This document shows, one piece after another, positions 11,057 through 23,894 of a stretch of 64,000 nt of DNA. Under the pieces are notes generated by a model. That model saw only the letters and a list, made by a program, of their open reading frames with translations. It made no database searches and had not been told where the DNA came from. Origin of the DNA: Eledone cirrhosa (Eukaryota); NCBI GenBank assembly GCA_964016885.1, contig OZ024741.1, forward strand, positions 159,774,001 to 159,838,000. The letters run 5' to 3'. The position numbers and the translations under genes are program-made. Numbering within the stretch: position 1 is the first letter of the stretch; every line of letters begins with the position of its first letter.

Positions 11057-12343
11057 GGTGCGGACGATATTTGTTCGCAAGATTACTGTCTAGGAAAATG
11101 TAACACATTAGTTTTATTTCTTAAGATATATTTATTAAACCTGGGTCAGTTTGTCTTCAAGACTTGTTCTTTCGATCTCACTCGATAAACTCGCCATTGG
11201 CTTTGATAACAGCCACAAGGCGGCCTCGGAACCGGCTACAGGCCTTTGTCACTTAGGCCCCTAAAGGCACTTGTGATCCTGGCCTTCAGATCGTCTTTCA
11301 TATTGCAGCTAGATGTGTTGGTGTCTCGTTCCACTGCGCCCCACACAAAGAAGTCGAGGGGGTTGCAGTCAGGCGAGGTGGGAGGCTAGATGTCAGGTGA
11401 AGTGTAGTCGACGAAGTTCTCTGACGGCCAGGCTTGGGTCTTTCGGCTGGTATGGCAGGGCACTGAGTCTTGCTACCACACGTACGGCCTACCTGCAGCT
11501 ACCTGGTCGATCCAGGGCTTTACTACCTCGCTCAGAACGCGGATGTTGCCATCGGTGTTCAACTTGAGGCCCTCAGGGAAGAAGTGAGGTGGCATGACGT
11601 CACCTTGACTGCTGACGACACCTAAGACCAATGTCGCTGGAAACTTTGTCTGCATGACTCTGGGCACGTCTTTGGATGAGACAACGAGCCATCTGTTGTT
11701 CTGGGAGTTGATCTTCTGGTCTTGGCAGAAGTTTTTCTCGTCGGAGAAAAACCACAGCATGTCTGGCTCCAGTGGGTGTTTCAACTTGTTGATCAGCTTC
11801 TTTGCGTGCTTCAGTCGCTTTTCTTACATCGCCTTTGACAGAAATTGTCGTTTCCTCATCTTGTATGAAACGCAGCGAATGTCTTCATGTACCACCAGTA
11901 TAATGAGCTTTGCATCCATGCCTTTCTCCCTTGTAATGGCACGCATCGACTTGCTAGGTTCATTGTTGATGGTATCCCGAACTTCACCGACGAACTCGGG
12001 CGTTCTGAAGGCGTCAGATCGTCGATCATTTGTTTTCTTCTCTGATGTTGCTTCGTAGTCGAATCCTTAATCTTCCAATTCCTTTCTGACATTTTCCACC
12101 ATTCTCCTGCTGACGCTGAGAAGGTCTGAAATTTTCTTATTTGTCCTCCCGGCACGGATTCCAAGAAGAACTCCGCGTCTCTTCCACAAATTTGGAGGTT
12201 CAAAATTATTCATAATCAATTATTCTAAAAATAAATAATAGCAATATAGTCACTGTTTTTATGAAGACAAGAGTGAAAACGAAAGTAAAAAAAATTTGCA
12301 TAAAATTAGCAGTTGAAAATTTGGAACAAATATCGTCCACACC

Positions 12344-12346
<3 letters not shown>
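11054..12346 (-). mobile_element. Tc1/mariner DD37D (maT-type) transposon, inactive, copy 1
   Basis: 1293 bp; TIR cagggtg(c/t)ggacgatatttgttc; TA flanks; motifs WFFSDEKNF, YVW*QDS, SPDCNPLD with 37 aa between D2 and D3; stops and frameshifts. Confidence 0.93.
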
Positions 12347-12405
<59 letters not shown>

Positions 12406-13550
12406 ATATATATATTTATATATTCAGGTAAGTATTAAGAATAAGAAGCACACCTGTTCCGATGTCATGGCTTATATGGGAAGATTTCAGTGAAATCATG
12501 ACGTAACAATATCTGTATCTCACGTTTCTATTATTCCATTACGTCACACTTCTCTAGGTTTGTGAACATTTTTTTTTTATAGATCTTCAGTTTTATATTG
12601 TCCTTATCTAAAAATCAACATTTCAAACTACCCTGGCGATTTAATACAAGCTGTTGTATATAAATCTCTTCGTGCCTATCACTTGTTAATCAGGCACATA
12701 CACACCCACACACCCACACACATCCACATTCACAGATGAATGTATACAAATAAATATCTTTATATATGTCTGTATGTGTGCGCGCTCGCGTATGTATGTA
12801 TATATATATATTTGCTAACTGAGTATGTTTTGTTGAGGCGATCTAATAATATTAAAGCATTTCGTTGCCTTCATGAAGGGAGCATAAATACGCGCTACAA
12901 TGCTATTGCATTTTCTCCTAAGATAACTTGTATCAGCTCAGTCTATAGGAGTTCTCTCCCTCGCTTCCTTCTTAAGACGAGAAAACTTGCGAAGGGGGTT
13001 TCGGTCTTGAAATTGCAGGGGTAGGTTCAATTGATTGAGGCTTTTTAAAACTATTCTCCATATCCAGTATGTGAATAAGTGTCTATCAATGGGGATGTGT
13101 CAAATCAATAAAGTGTTTCACTTCACGTTGTAGGGTCGAATGTTCAGTGAAAACATTTCTACTCAAATGTTGAAATATGGAGGCCATTTTAGTAGCGTCT
13201 AATTTTCATATCGTATCTGAAGAGTTAAATATGATTGCTTAAGTTTACGTCTATCAAAACCACTGCCAGTGCACGGGTAAGTCACACTGTTAATCAATAT
13301 TTAACTTACTACTCTATACTTTAGAAAAGAAGGGCGTAGATATTATTATAAGTATTCTCTGCCATACAGTTAAGCTTTTACCGTTTTGATAGCGAAAGAA
13401 ACGGTTTTATCTTTTGCTATCGAAATGGGTGCAGTGAAATCACCACTAGGTTAAGTTTTCTATGTTTACGAAACTGTCGCATATTAAGAACTCTAAATAA
13501 CCTAGCCAAAACATCATCGACGAAAATAGTTATGATGACATAGGATTCAC

Positions 13551-13654
13551 CTTCTCTTACGCAGTTCCCTCTCTGCTTTCAGATTCTGAGCTTTGGCAGT
13601 GGCAGCCTGTCGTAGTAGTCGGTGCTGCCACAGCCAAGTTATAGCGCCTTCTCT
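13551..13654 (-). CDS. Candidate exon (REGAITWLWQHRLLRQAATAKAQNLKAERELRKR)
   Basis: GC-richer unique island, AG acceptor (weak pyrimidine tract), donors GTAAGA/GTGAAT, open frame. Confidence 0.3.
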
Positions 13655-14240
13655 CTGTATTACATTCACTCAGCAATTGGACCCCATATATAAATATGAG
13701 ACACAATGAATACTTCCTTTCATTTTTAAGTCTACATTTATCTAAGAACTCTATATTTTAACGTGTTGACAAAGCACACATCTTGTTATTTCAAAATTTT
13801 ACTTATTCCTGTTGCATTATTTTTTTGTCACATGGTTTCGTTGAATGCCACGGCAGAAATAAAAAAAACATCTAGATTAGCAGATTTATCTCCTTGTTGG
13901 TCTGTCTCAGATGTACGCTAATGCCAGCAAATACACAGGTTATGTCAAAGTACCTAGGTGGTTCAATGCAGGAGGATGCAGAACAATAATATAAAAGACG
14001 TAAACAAGAAAATTTTAAAATTGTGTGTTAGTAGGCTTCTGTCATCTTACCATCCCACTCCTACCGACTAGCCTCAGTGTCACGTGATTGATTCTTTAGA
14101 ATTTGCCATTTGACCAGTGACAGCGAGCTTTTCAGTACATGGAATCCAGTCCCCGCTAGCTGTTTCATTTACCGAATTATTATTATTTTTATATGAGTCC
14201 CCAGTGTCCGCGCATTGCCTGGAGACTTAGCTGAGAATAG

Positions 14241-14321
14241 ACTCCCTGATGACGCAATGAATTCTCGACAGTTTATTACGTAACTGTCTTTATCCCATTG
14301 CAGAAACTAATTAGTTGGAGT
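14241..14321 (+). ncRNA. Minimal type-I hammerhead ribozyme
   Basis: Stem I actcc/ggagt, CTGATGA, stem II gcaatg/cattgc with nested gacagtt/aactgtc hairpin, GAAA, palindromic AACTAATTAGTT, GUU triplet (after 14316). Confidence 0.82.
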
Positions 14322-14369
14322 GAAAATTTTAGTAAGTAAGTTAATTTTTTAAAATTTTCTTATTTTACT

Positions 14370-14438
<69 letters not shown>

Positions 14439-14631
14439 CATACATACATACATACATACATACATACATACATACTAGCGGCCTAGCGGAACAGTAAAAA
14501 TATGCAAAGTCCAACATGTGACATCGCTGTTGTAATCCAAATTCCAGTGATGGAGGTTTTTTTTTGCGAAGAACTGACTTCTTCATTAGAGAAAGAATAA
14601 AAATAAAGAAACACACACACACACACACACA

Positions 14632-14717
<86 letters not shown>

Positions 14718-14719
14718 AT

Positions 14720-14847
<128 letters not shown>

Positions 14848-14972
14848 TAGCGGCCTCCCAGTCTTTACTTTGATCAAATCTATTCAAAAGGCTCCTATTG
14901 TTATCTGCCGTAATGCCCATTTTCATTAGAATAAAAGATGTTAAAAGGTATTTAAATATAGCACAACATAAT

Positions 14973-15083
14973 ATCCCGCCGAGGTTGACTTTGCCTTTCA
15001 TCCTTACGGGGTCGATAAAATAAAGTACCAGTAATGCACTGGGATAATTGCTGGCCTTGTGCCTAAAGTAGAAACAATTATTT
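14973..15083 (+). mobile_element. 5'-truncated octopus-type tRNA SINE
   Basis: cccgccgaggttgactttgcctttcatccttacggggtcgataaaataaagtaccag body shared with other copies. Confidence 0.85.
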
Positions 15084-15097
15084 AGAATATGTATATA

Positions 15098-16387
15098 CAG
15101 GGTGCGGACGATATTTGTTCGCAAGATTACTGTCTAGGAAAAAGTAACACATTAGTTTTATTTCTTAAGATATATTTATTAAACCTGGGTCAGTTTGTCT
15201 TCAAGACTTGTTCTTTCGATCTCACTCGATAAACTCGCCATTGGCTTTGATAACAGCCACAAGGCGGCCTCGGAACCGGCTACAGGCCTTCGTCACTTAG
15301 GCCTCTAAAGGCACTTGTGATCCTGGCCTTCAGATCGTCTTTCGTATTGCAGCTAGATGTGTTGGTGTCTCGTTCCACTGCGCCCCACACAAAAAAGTCG
15401 AGGGGGTTGCAGTCAGGCGAGGTGGGAGGCCAGATGTCAGGTGAAGTGTAGTCGACGAAGTTCTCTGACGGCCAGGCTTGGGTCTTTCGGCTGGTATGGT
15501 AGGGCACTGAGTCTTGCTACCACACGTACGGCCTACCTGCAGCTACCTGGTCGATCCAGGGCTTTACTACCTCGCTCAGAACGCGGATGTAGCCATCGGT
15601 GTTCAACTTGAGGCCCTCAGGGAAGAAGTGAGGTGGCATGACGTCACCTTGACTGCTGACGACACCTAAGACCAATGTCGCTGGAAACTTTGTCTGCATG
15701 ACTCTGGGCACGTCTTTGGATGAGACAACGAGCCATCTGTTGTTCTGGGAGTTGATCTTCTGGTCTTGGCAGAAGTTTTTCTCGTCGGAGAAAAACCACA
15801 GCATGTCTGGCTCCAGTGGGTGTTTCAACTTGTTGATCAGCTTCTTTGCGTGCTTCAGTCGCTTTTCTTACATCGCCTTTGACAGAAATTGTCGTTTCCT
15901 CATCTTGTATAAAACGCAGCGAATGTCTTCATGTACCACCAGTATAATGAGCTTTGCATCCATGCCTTTCTCCCTTGTAATGGCACGCATCGACTTGCTA
16001 GGTTCATTGTTGATGGTATCCCGAACTTCACCGACGAACTCGGGCGTTCTGAAGGCGTCAGATCGTCGATCATTTGTTTTCCGCTCTGATGTTGCTTCGT
16101 AGTCGAATCCTTAATCTTCCAATTCCTTTCTGACCTTTTCCACCATTCTCCTGCTGACGCTGAGAAGGTCTGAAATTTTCTTATTTGTCCTCCCGGCACG
16201 GATTCCAAGAAGAACTCCGCGTCTCTTCCACAAATTTGGAGGTTCAAAATTATTCATAATCAATTATTCTAAAAATAAATAATAGCAATATAGTCACTGT
16301 TTTTATGAAGACAAGAGTGACAACGAAAGTAAAAAAAATTTGCATAAAATTAGCAGTTGAAAATTTGGAACAAATATCGTCCACACC

Positions 16388-16390
<3 letters not shown>
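15098..16390 (-). mobile_element. Tc1/mariner DD37D (maT-type) transposon, inactive, copy 2
   Basis: Near-identical to 11054-12346 (offset 4044), same TIRs and shared stop. Confidence 0.93.
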
Positions 16391-16458
<68 letters not shown>

Positions 16459-16935
16459 TATGTGTGTATATATATATTTATATATTCAGGTAAGTATTAA
16501 GAATAAGAAGCACACCTGTTCCGATGTCATGGCTTATATGGGAAGATTTCAGTGAAATCATGACGTAACAATATCTGTATCTCACGTTTCTATTATTCCA
16601 TTACGTCACACTTCTCTAGGTTTGTGAAAAGTTTTTTTTATAGATCTTCAGTTCTATATTGTCCTTATCTAAAAATCAACATTTCAAACTACCCTGTCGA
16701 TTTAATACAAGCTGTTGTATATAAATCTCTTCGTGCCTATCACTTGTTAATCAGGCACACACACACCCACACACCCACACACATCCACATTCACAGATGA
16801 ATGTATACAAATAAATATCTTTATATATGTCTGTATGTGTGCGCGCTCGCGTATGTATGTATATATATATACTTGCTAACTGAGTATGTTTTGTTGAGGC
16901 GATCTAATAATATTAAAGCATTTCGTTGCCTTCAT

Positions 16936-17230
16936 GAAGCATACCTGACAGTTCCAGAGCGTTGAGAAATTCAACAGGATAATGAACAGCTTTGTCCTGT
17001 CGACAACTTTGTCGATAGATTTATAGGTCTGCCTACCTCCAGAGATCATTTTTGAGAGATTTTTGTTGATTGCATTTACTGTGATGTTTTGGGGGACAAG
17101 AATTGCTCTTTCACACAGTCACTCTACGTTGGTATGGTGGATTTAGAAATTGGGGAACACTTGTTTATTTACGCTATCGACGATTTTCACAACAGTACAA
17201 AATGATGAAGGATCAAAACATCCTTCAGTA
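16936..17230 (-). mobile_element. Helitron RepHel PIF1-helicase fragment (pseudogenised)
   Basis: Manual translation VFPNF..E*LCERAILVPQNITVNAINKNL...TYKSIDKVVD/QDKAVHYPVEFLNALELSGM matches the Helitron PIF1 consensus WLCERAILAPKN...YKSID...YPTEFLNSL. Confidence 0.85.
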
Positions 17231-17804
17231 TCAAGGCATCTCTTTTCTATAAAGTTAAACGACTGAGAGGTGCTTATCAGTAACTCCGAGGGACCCCTTC
17301 CCTTTCTGCCTGTTATTCGCACTGAAGAAATCTCCGAGGATTACCCCATGCCCCCCCCCCCTTCCGTTTTCGGAAAAGAAGGCCATTGCAGGCATGTTGG
17401 AGGTCAGAGTAGTTGAAAACACATGAAAAAACCTAGGTAAAAAATTTCTTCGTGAACCCCAGTAGATGCTTTTAAACGGCTGAGAAGTCCTTATCTGTAA
17501 CTCCAAGGCCTCTCCGCCTCCACTTTCGGGGAAAGGAGCCATTGGCGAAAGAATCGGATGACAGATCTTTCGAAAATAAACGAAACAACATAGAAAAGAA
17601 AAAAAATCCCACAGAAGAAATCTCCGAAGTTGAGAAAATCCGAATGCCCCCCCCCCCCCCCCCCACACACATTCCGTTTTCGGAGGAAAGGTCGATTGCA
17701 AGCGTATCGGAGATCATAGCTGAAATACACGAAAAACTTTAATTATTACCAATTTAATTTAGTGTTAATAGCGGTCAACGTACAAACAAATATCCTTTTT
17801 ATAA

Positions 17805-17846
<42 letters not shown>

Positions 17847-17902
17847 TTAGTTAAAGAAAGAAGAGTAACATGGTTGGCTGTACAATAAGGGCTTTATTTA
17901 AA

Positions 17903-18013
17903 GTACTGACAATTGTTTCGTTGATCAGGTGTGTCTAGAGTTACCTAATCGCTTGAGGTTGCGTCAATCGATCTCCAATACATTGTTTATCACCGCTCAA
18001 CACATCAGAGCAC
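17903..18013 (-). ncRNA. Hammerhead ribozyme with ~80-nt stem II, A9 missing or substituted
   Basis: Stem I gtgct/agtac, CTGATG(T), stem II gttga/tcaac plus ggtg/cacc, GAAAC AATT GTC (palindrome ACAATTGT), AATAAA downstream. Confidence 0.65.
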
Positions 18014-18089
18014 GTAGATATGAAAATAGTTCACTCGAGGCAAGACTTATATAGATTACCTATAACGATAACTTGTTACCCCATATACA

Positions 18090-18168
<79 letters not shown>

Positions 18169-18201
18169 AAAGAATAGAGGTGTAACACACAAGTTATTAT
18201 C

Positions 18202-18513
18202 TATTGGTAAACGGAATAGAAAATGCTGACAAATTGTTCACAGTTGAAAAATGGTTTAATTAGGAATAAAAGAGTATTAGTGATTGTATGGGTTAGTATT
18301 CAGTTGTGGTTTTAAGTTTTTAAGTTTTTACCGGTTGCGCATTTCTAAATGCTTTTCAAAAATAATTTTGAGATAGAGTGTCCGTAAAAACTTAAAAACT
18401 TAAAACCACAACTGAATACTAACCCATACAATCACTAATACTCTTTTATTCCTAATTAAACCATTTTTCAACTGTGAACAATTTGTCAGCATTTTCTATT
18501 CCGTTTACCAATA
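18202..18513. repeat. 130-bp-arm inverted repeat, 52-bp spacer
   Basis: 18202-18331 is the reverse complement of 18384-18513. Confidence 0.92.
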
Positions 18514-18519
18514 TATACA

Positions 18520-18568
<49 letters not shown>

Positions 18569-18978
18569 TGTATGTGAGCATGCGTGTGTTTGTATATATA
18601 TGTATATATGTAAATGTACTGCTGTCTCGTCTTTTCCCCTTTCTCTATCGGTATGTCTTTCTTTTTTGTTTTTGTTTTTTTGTTTTGTTTTTTGTCGTTC
18701 TCTTCGTTATCGTCTGTTGTGTCTCTTCCCGGATAGCTATCCATTTTAGCTATCAACGCACTGGTGAGATGTACTGTCTTTAATGCATTCGAAACATCAG
18801 TGATCCACAGAAGACAGCCGATGCTAGATATAGCAATAAATTCTCCCCCAACTCGCCCTCTACATTCCGTTTTAGGAAAATAAGTCAACGGTGAGCAGAT
18901 TACATGAAAAGCCTTAATTATTATCAATTTTATTTAGTGTTAGCAACGGTCAACTTACAAACAAAGTTCCTTTTATAA

Positions 18979-19033
<55 letters not shown>

Positions 19034-19043
19034 ATTATATATA

Positions 19044-19656
19044 TAAAATACAATATGTTGAAAAGGTAACACACTAGAGAGAGATAGTGCGCCATCAAAT
19101 GGCTCCGTTAATTTATCGTGATATTTCGCTCCTTATAATAGTCTTTCCTCTCTCTCTGTTTGGTTGAGCACACTTCTTTGAGTGTTTTTTGGGGCTGCCC
19201 TTTCTAGCAGCTAGTCCCTCAGATACCACTGGTTCACTGCCCTGAACACGTTGTGTCATCTCTCTGCCACGTGTAGCTGGACGGTCGCTTTAGATTCTCT
19301 TAGAGTTGTCAGGAACGAATAGTTTTGCATGCGCTGATGAACCATGGGCTATTTCATTTCAGCCAACAACTTCCTGGCGAAACAGATCTCTTTGGATTTG
19401 TACGCGTGTGTTATATAGTTATAGAGGTGCGTATATACATTTTAATTTATATTTTTAATTATTGTGTGTCTACCCTGCCTTAAATAGATTATAGATTCCA
19501 TACACTGGTGGTTTTCCCTGTTTTATTGATGGTGCACTATCTCTCTCTAGTGTGTTACCTTTTCAACATATTGTATTTTAAAGAGCTCAGGATTCCTTTT
19601 CATTTGAGCACATTATTGACAGGGAATAGCGAGAGTCTATGGCTCCGTTAATTTAT

Positions 19657-19662
<6 letters not shown>
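19044..19662 (+). mobile_element. Penelope-like remnant (family C) with inverted terminal duplication and decayed hammerhead
   Basis: 19044-19098 inverted at ~19526-19581; CTGATGA..cca/tgg..GAAACAGATCT at 19334-19390; family recurs at 32205-32431. Confidence 0.6.
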
Positions 19663-19723
<61 letters not shown>

Positions 19724-19843
19724 ATAAGTCAGGACTCTGACGGCTAAAGCTCCGGCCTTATCCTATTACCCACTCTACTACCCTAAGTATCGAGTACTCT
19801 GGTGCGTTATGGTCTACCTGGTTCCTTACCACACTTTCTTTGT

Positions 19844-19963
<120 letters not shown>

Positions 19964-20021
19964 CACATACATACATGCATATATGCACACTTGCATGCAT
20001 ACATGCACACATACATATATA

Positions 20022-20052
<31 letters not shown>

Positions 20053-20815
20053 TGGCTCTCACTTTGAAAGATATGCTTTTACAATCTATGTACAGGAAAT
20101 AACAACGAAATACCCGGTGCACAATTGAGATAGGGGAAGCACCTAGATGTTACCATCGGCAATAGCAGCTGTCCATTGACGTCATCACGTTACTACTAGG
20201 CATGATGTCGTGGGCAAAACACTATACAATGCACTCTGTAGAAAGGCTAGCCCAGAGAACAAAAAGTTACAATGATGTGGAGTACATATACATACATAAT
20301 ATGAAAGAGTTCTAGAAAAAGCCCCAATAAAATGCAAGCATCGCTCTGATCGATCGACAAGATCTCAGACCTCATTTGCTTGCCGAGTGAGGTGGACCTC
20401 GTCAAATCTGACCGAAAAAAAAAAAACGTTTTCCATTGCTGATGCTATTTACCGGTCGCAACTCCTGGCAGAAGGAGCAACGCAAAATAAAGTGTCTTGT
20501 TCAAGGACACAACACATCAACCGGTCTGAGAATTGAACAGGTAACCTCACGAATGGCGAATACATCTCTCTAACCACTAAGCTACGTGCCTACACAAAAT
20601 GCAAGCATAACAAACAGACACAGTGATATGAGACAATGAAGAGAGGGCATGTACAATAGTGGAAATCAGTTATCCAGCAGATGATAATATAATGCTTTAG
20701 ATTAACGAAAAGGAGAACATTTATGCTGAACTAATGACGAATTTGCAGATACTCCATCCTAACTATAGTTTTGTACCTGTGATCATTGGGACTCTGGGAT
20801 ATGTTACTAGCTGCC
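20053..20815 (+). mobile_element. Decayed R4/NeSL-like non-LTR retrotransposon C-terminus (zinc knuckle + RLE endonuclease)
   Basis: SHFERY..QEITTKY; CP..SSRYY/RHDVVGKTLYN; IKCKHNK/DTVI*D..CTIVEISYPADDNI..EKENIYAEL..FVPVIIGTLG. Confidence 0.8.
20342..20595 (-). mobile_element. tRNA-derived SINE inserted in the RLE LINE
   Basis: 13-bp TSD AAAATGCAAGCAT (20329-20341, 20596-20608); head resembles the 35066 SINE. Confidence 0.8.
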
Positions 20816-21156
20816 ACAGAGTAGGGCTAGTATGGAAGTTGCAAGTACAGACCGTTAATTGAACTGTTAATACATGTAAAACATTTCAGAAATTCTGAAT
20901 ATAATAACTGCATATATACATGTATAGATACATTAACATATGCACGTGAACAAAAATAACTCAAAACATACAGATCCATGCATGCAATAACACCAATTTC
21001 TGCATATGCACACAAACACCTAAACATCTACAGACACACAGCTCATAAGTATTTATTTATTTAATGTTGTCTAAATTCCATTGAAAGCGTCTTGCTTTAT
21101 TAGAAACCAGCCCTTTATTAGAAACCAGCCCTCTCTCTAAAAGTGAAGATTTATAA

Positions 21157-21645
21157 AATAATTGTTTCTACTTTTGGTACAAGGCCAGCAATTATCCCAG
21201 TGCATTACTGGTACTTTATTTTATCGACCCCGTAAGGATGAAAGACAAAGTTAACCTTGGCGGGATTTGAACTCAGATCATAAAGGGCCGTAACTCTATG
21301 CTGCAAAGCATGCGTCCGACCCTCTACCGATAGTGCCAATCGACAGCCCGTACGAAAATTCATAAAATATTTGTTTCTATTTTTGGAGGCACAAGGCCAG
21401 CAAATTACCCAGTGCATTACTGGTACTTTATTTTATCGACCCCGTAAGGATGAAAGGCAAAGTTAAGCTCGGCGGGATTTAAGCTCAGAATGGAACCACC
21501 ATAAAATAATTGTTTCTACTTTTGGCACAAGGCCAGCAATTACCAGTGCATTACTGGTACTTTATCGACTTTATCGACTCCGGAAGGATGAAAGGCAAAG
21601 TTAACCTCGGCGGGATTTGAACTCAGATCATACAGGGAGGTAACT
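21157..21645 (-). mobile_element. Three tandem octopus-type tRNA SINE copies
   Basis: Repeated tgtttcta..ggccagcaa..cagtgcattactggtacttta..ggcgggatttgaactcag; A/B boxes on the minus strand. Confidence 0.88.
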
Positions 21646-21684
21646 ATAAAATAATAAAACCAGAACATACATGCATACATACAT

Positions 21685-21860
21685 CTGTTGGTCCTCCGTC
21701 GGTTCCGATGATGAGTATTCCAGTTGATATGATCAACGGAACAGTCTGCTCATGAAATTATCGTGCAAGTGCCTGAGTGTTCCACAGACACGTGCACCCT
21801 TAATGTATTTCGCAGGGAGATTCTCTGTGACACAGTGTGTGGCAAGACTAGCTCCTCTGC
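21685..21860 (-). mobile_element. SINE 3' body (second family)
   Basis: Matches 3518-3650 in reverse complement. Confidence 0.6.
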
Positions 21861-23270
21861 CAATACACACGCGAACATATACATGCATATATATACTATT
21901 ATCCACAAACCGTTAGTGGCTGACACACACACACACGCTGACACAGACATACATACACACATACACACACGCACTGGCACAGACATACATATACACTCAT
22001 ACACAAACAACCACACACATATAGGAAAGATGTGGAATATATCCAAGAGAACCAAAGTGCCAGAGAATTCATATGGTGATGTCTTGTATGTGTGGACGTA
22101 TGTATGTGTATGTGTCTATATGTGTCTGTATGTCTAAATGTGTATATTTGTGTGCATGTCATTGAGTGTGTGTGTAGTGTATATTTGTGTAGGGGGTGGC
22201 ATATGTTGTGCGTGTTTGGAACGACAGGGCGAGGTAACCATTGTTTTGGTGGCATCATGCTAGAGAAAGGTAGCATTGTTTGTTTCGTTGGTTTTCTAGG
22301 CATTGTGGTGGCGATGAGGGTGGTGACAACGAGGGTGGTGGTGGTGGTATTATTGATGGTGTTACCGCCGCCACCGTCGTCTTTTGTGTTGTTGTTGTTG
22401 ATGGTGTTGATGTTGATAGTGATAGTGGTGGTGATGATGATGGTGATGGTGATGGTGACGATGTCTGTGGTGTTGATAGGGGTGAAGATGATGGAAATTG
22501 TCGTAGTGTTGCTTATGGTGGTGGTTGTTGTTGTTATTTAGCCCGTTGTGTTTTTGTATATATAGAACCAGATGTATTTATCCTACCTTAAAGTAATAGG
22601 CTGTGATTTCACGAAATTTGACTGCTATTTTTAATATAGAGAGTTGACACCAGAGTTGGGTTGTCGTTGAGGAAAGGGAACTGGGTAGAAAGTACAGTGC
22701 TTGCACATGACCTTTGACACGACTTTACTGACCCCTACTCATACCTCCCCTCACCTTGGCAGAATCAAGTCAACTTAATTAGATTAGAGTGGTTGCATAG
22801 ATTGTGTCTCACGATTTGGAGTAACTAATAGATGAAAGACACACGCACTTGTATCGATAGCATTGGGGTAGGAGTGCATGTGGTTGTGGTAGTGGCAGGT
22901 GTGGGTGTAGGAAGTGGTATAGTGGAGAGTGAGTGGTGCTATTGTGGGGCGAATATATGTGGTATTGTAGGAGGAAAGGGAGGGGGAAGTAGCTGGGAAA
23001 AGGCAGAGGTTAGATATGGATTGTATATAGAGAGATAAATTGATATATAAATAAATAGATAGATAGATATATTTAGATAGATAAATAGATAGATAGAGAG
23101 ATAGATATATGGATATATAGATAGGGAGAGAGAGTGATCATGGCGTGTAGAAGTTGAATACAGATTTTAGAAGTGAGAGAGAGAGATAAGGGGGAAAGGT
23201 AGGGGGAGAGAAAATAGTGTGGAAGAGGGTGGCAGTTTGACATAGAGAGAGAAACATACAGAGTATATAG

Positions 23271-23328
<58 letters not shown>

Positions 23329-23394
23329 GAGATATATGTGGTGAAATGGAAAGAGGACGGAGTAGATTTGAGAAAGAAATAGATTAAATAGATA

Positions 23395-23824
23395 AATTTT
23401 TTTATTAGCCACAAGGGCACAAAAGAAGGGGACAAATACAAATGGGGAGTTTACATACAGGTATATGAAAATAAAACTATTAATAAAATAACAAATAACA
23501 ATTGAAATCCCCAATAGGTGGGAGGCGTTACACAGGGGTTGTACACACCCCGAAAAAATGTACAACCCTCATCTCCAGGAGCACCAAGAGTGAGTGCTCC
23601 CTTCCTCTCTTCCTCTTTTTCCTCAACTTACAGGCTTATATAGAGAGAAGGCCCAACCACTCGGGCCATCTTTGCCACATTCACCCACCTTCTATATTTG
23701 CTGGGGTACAGCACCTCTCTCTCCATCCTGATTCTTCTTCCAAAATGATATTTGAAAAAACGAATCAGTTGCTCGCCGGAGAGAAAGGTGTCTGACCTCA
23801 GCCATTTTAACCTCGTCCACCATG
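23395..23824 (-). mobile_element. Tx1-clade LINE 3' end (additional copy)
   Basis: Diverged duplicate of 23895-24330, ending in cccttgtggctaataaa. Confidence 0.85.
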
Positions 23825-23845
23825 TAGCTAGCTAGATTGACAGAG

Positions 23846-23880
<35 letters not shown>

Positions 23881-23894
23881 TAGATAGATATGTT

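Noticed and set aside
21157-21645. CRISPR-like repeat/spacer array
   Set aside because: Tandem SINE copies in eukaryotic DNA; no cas genes and no regular spacers
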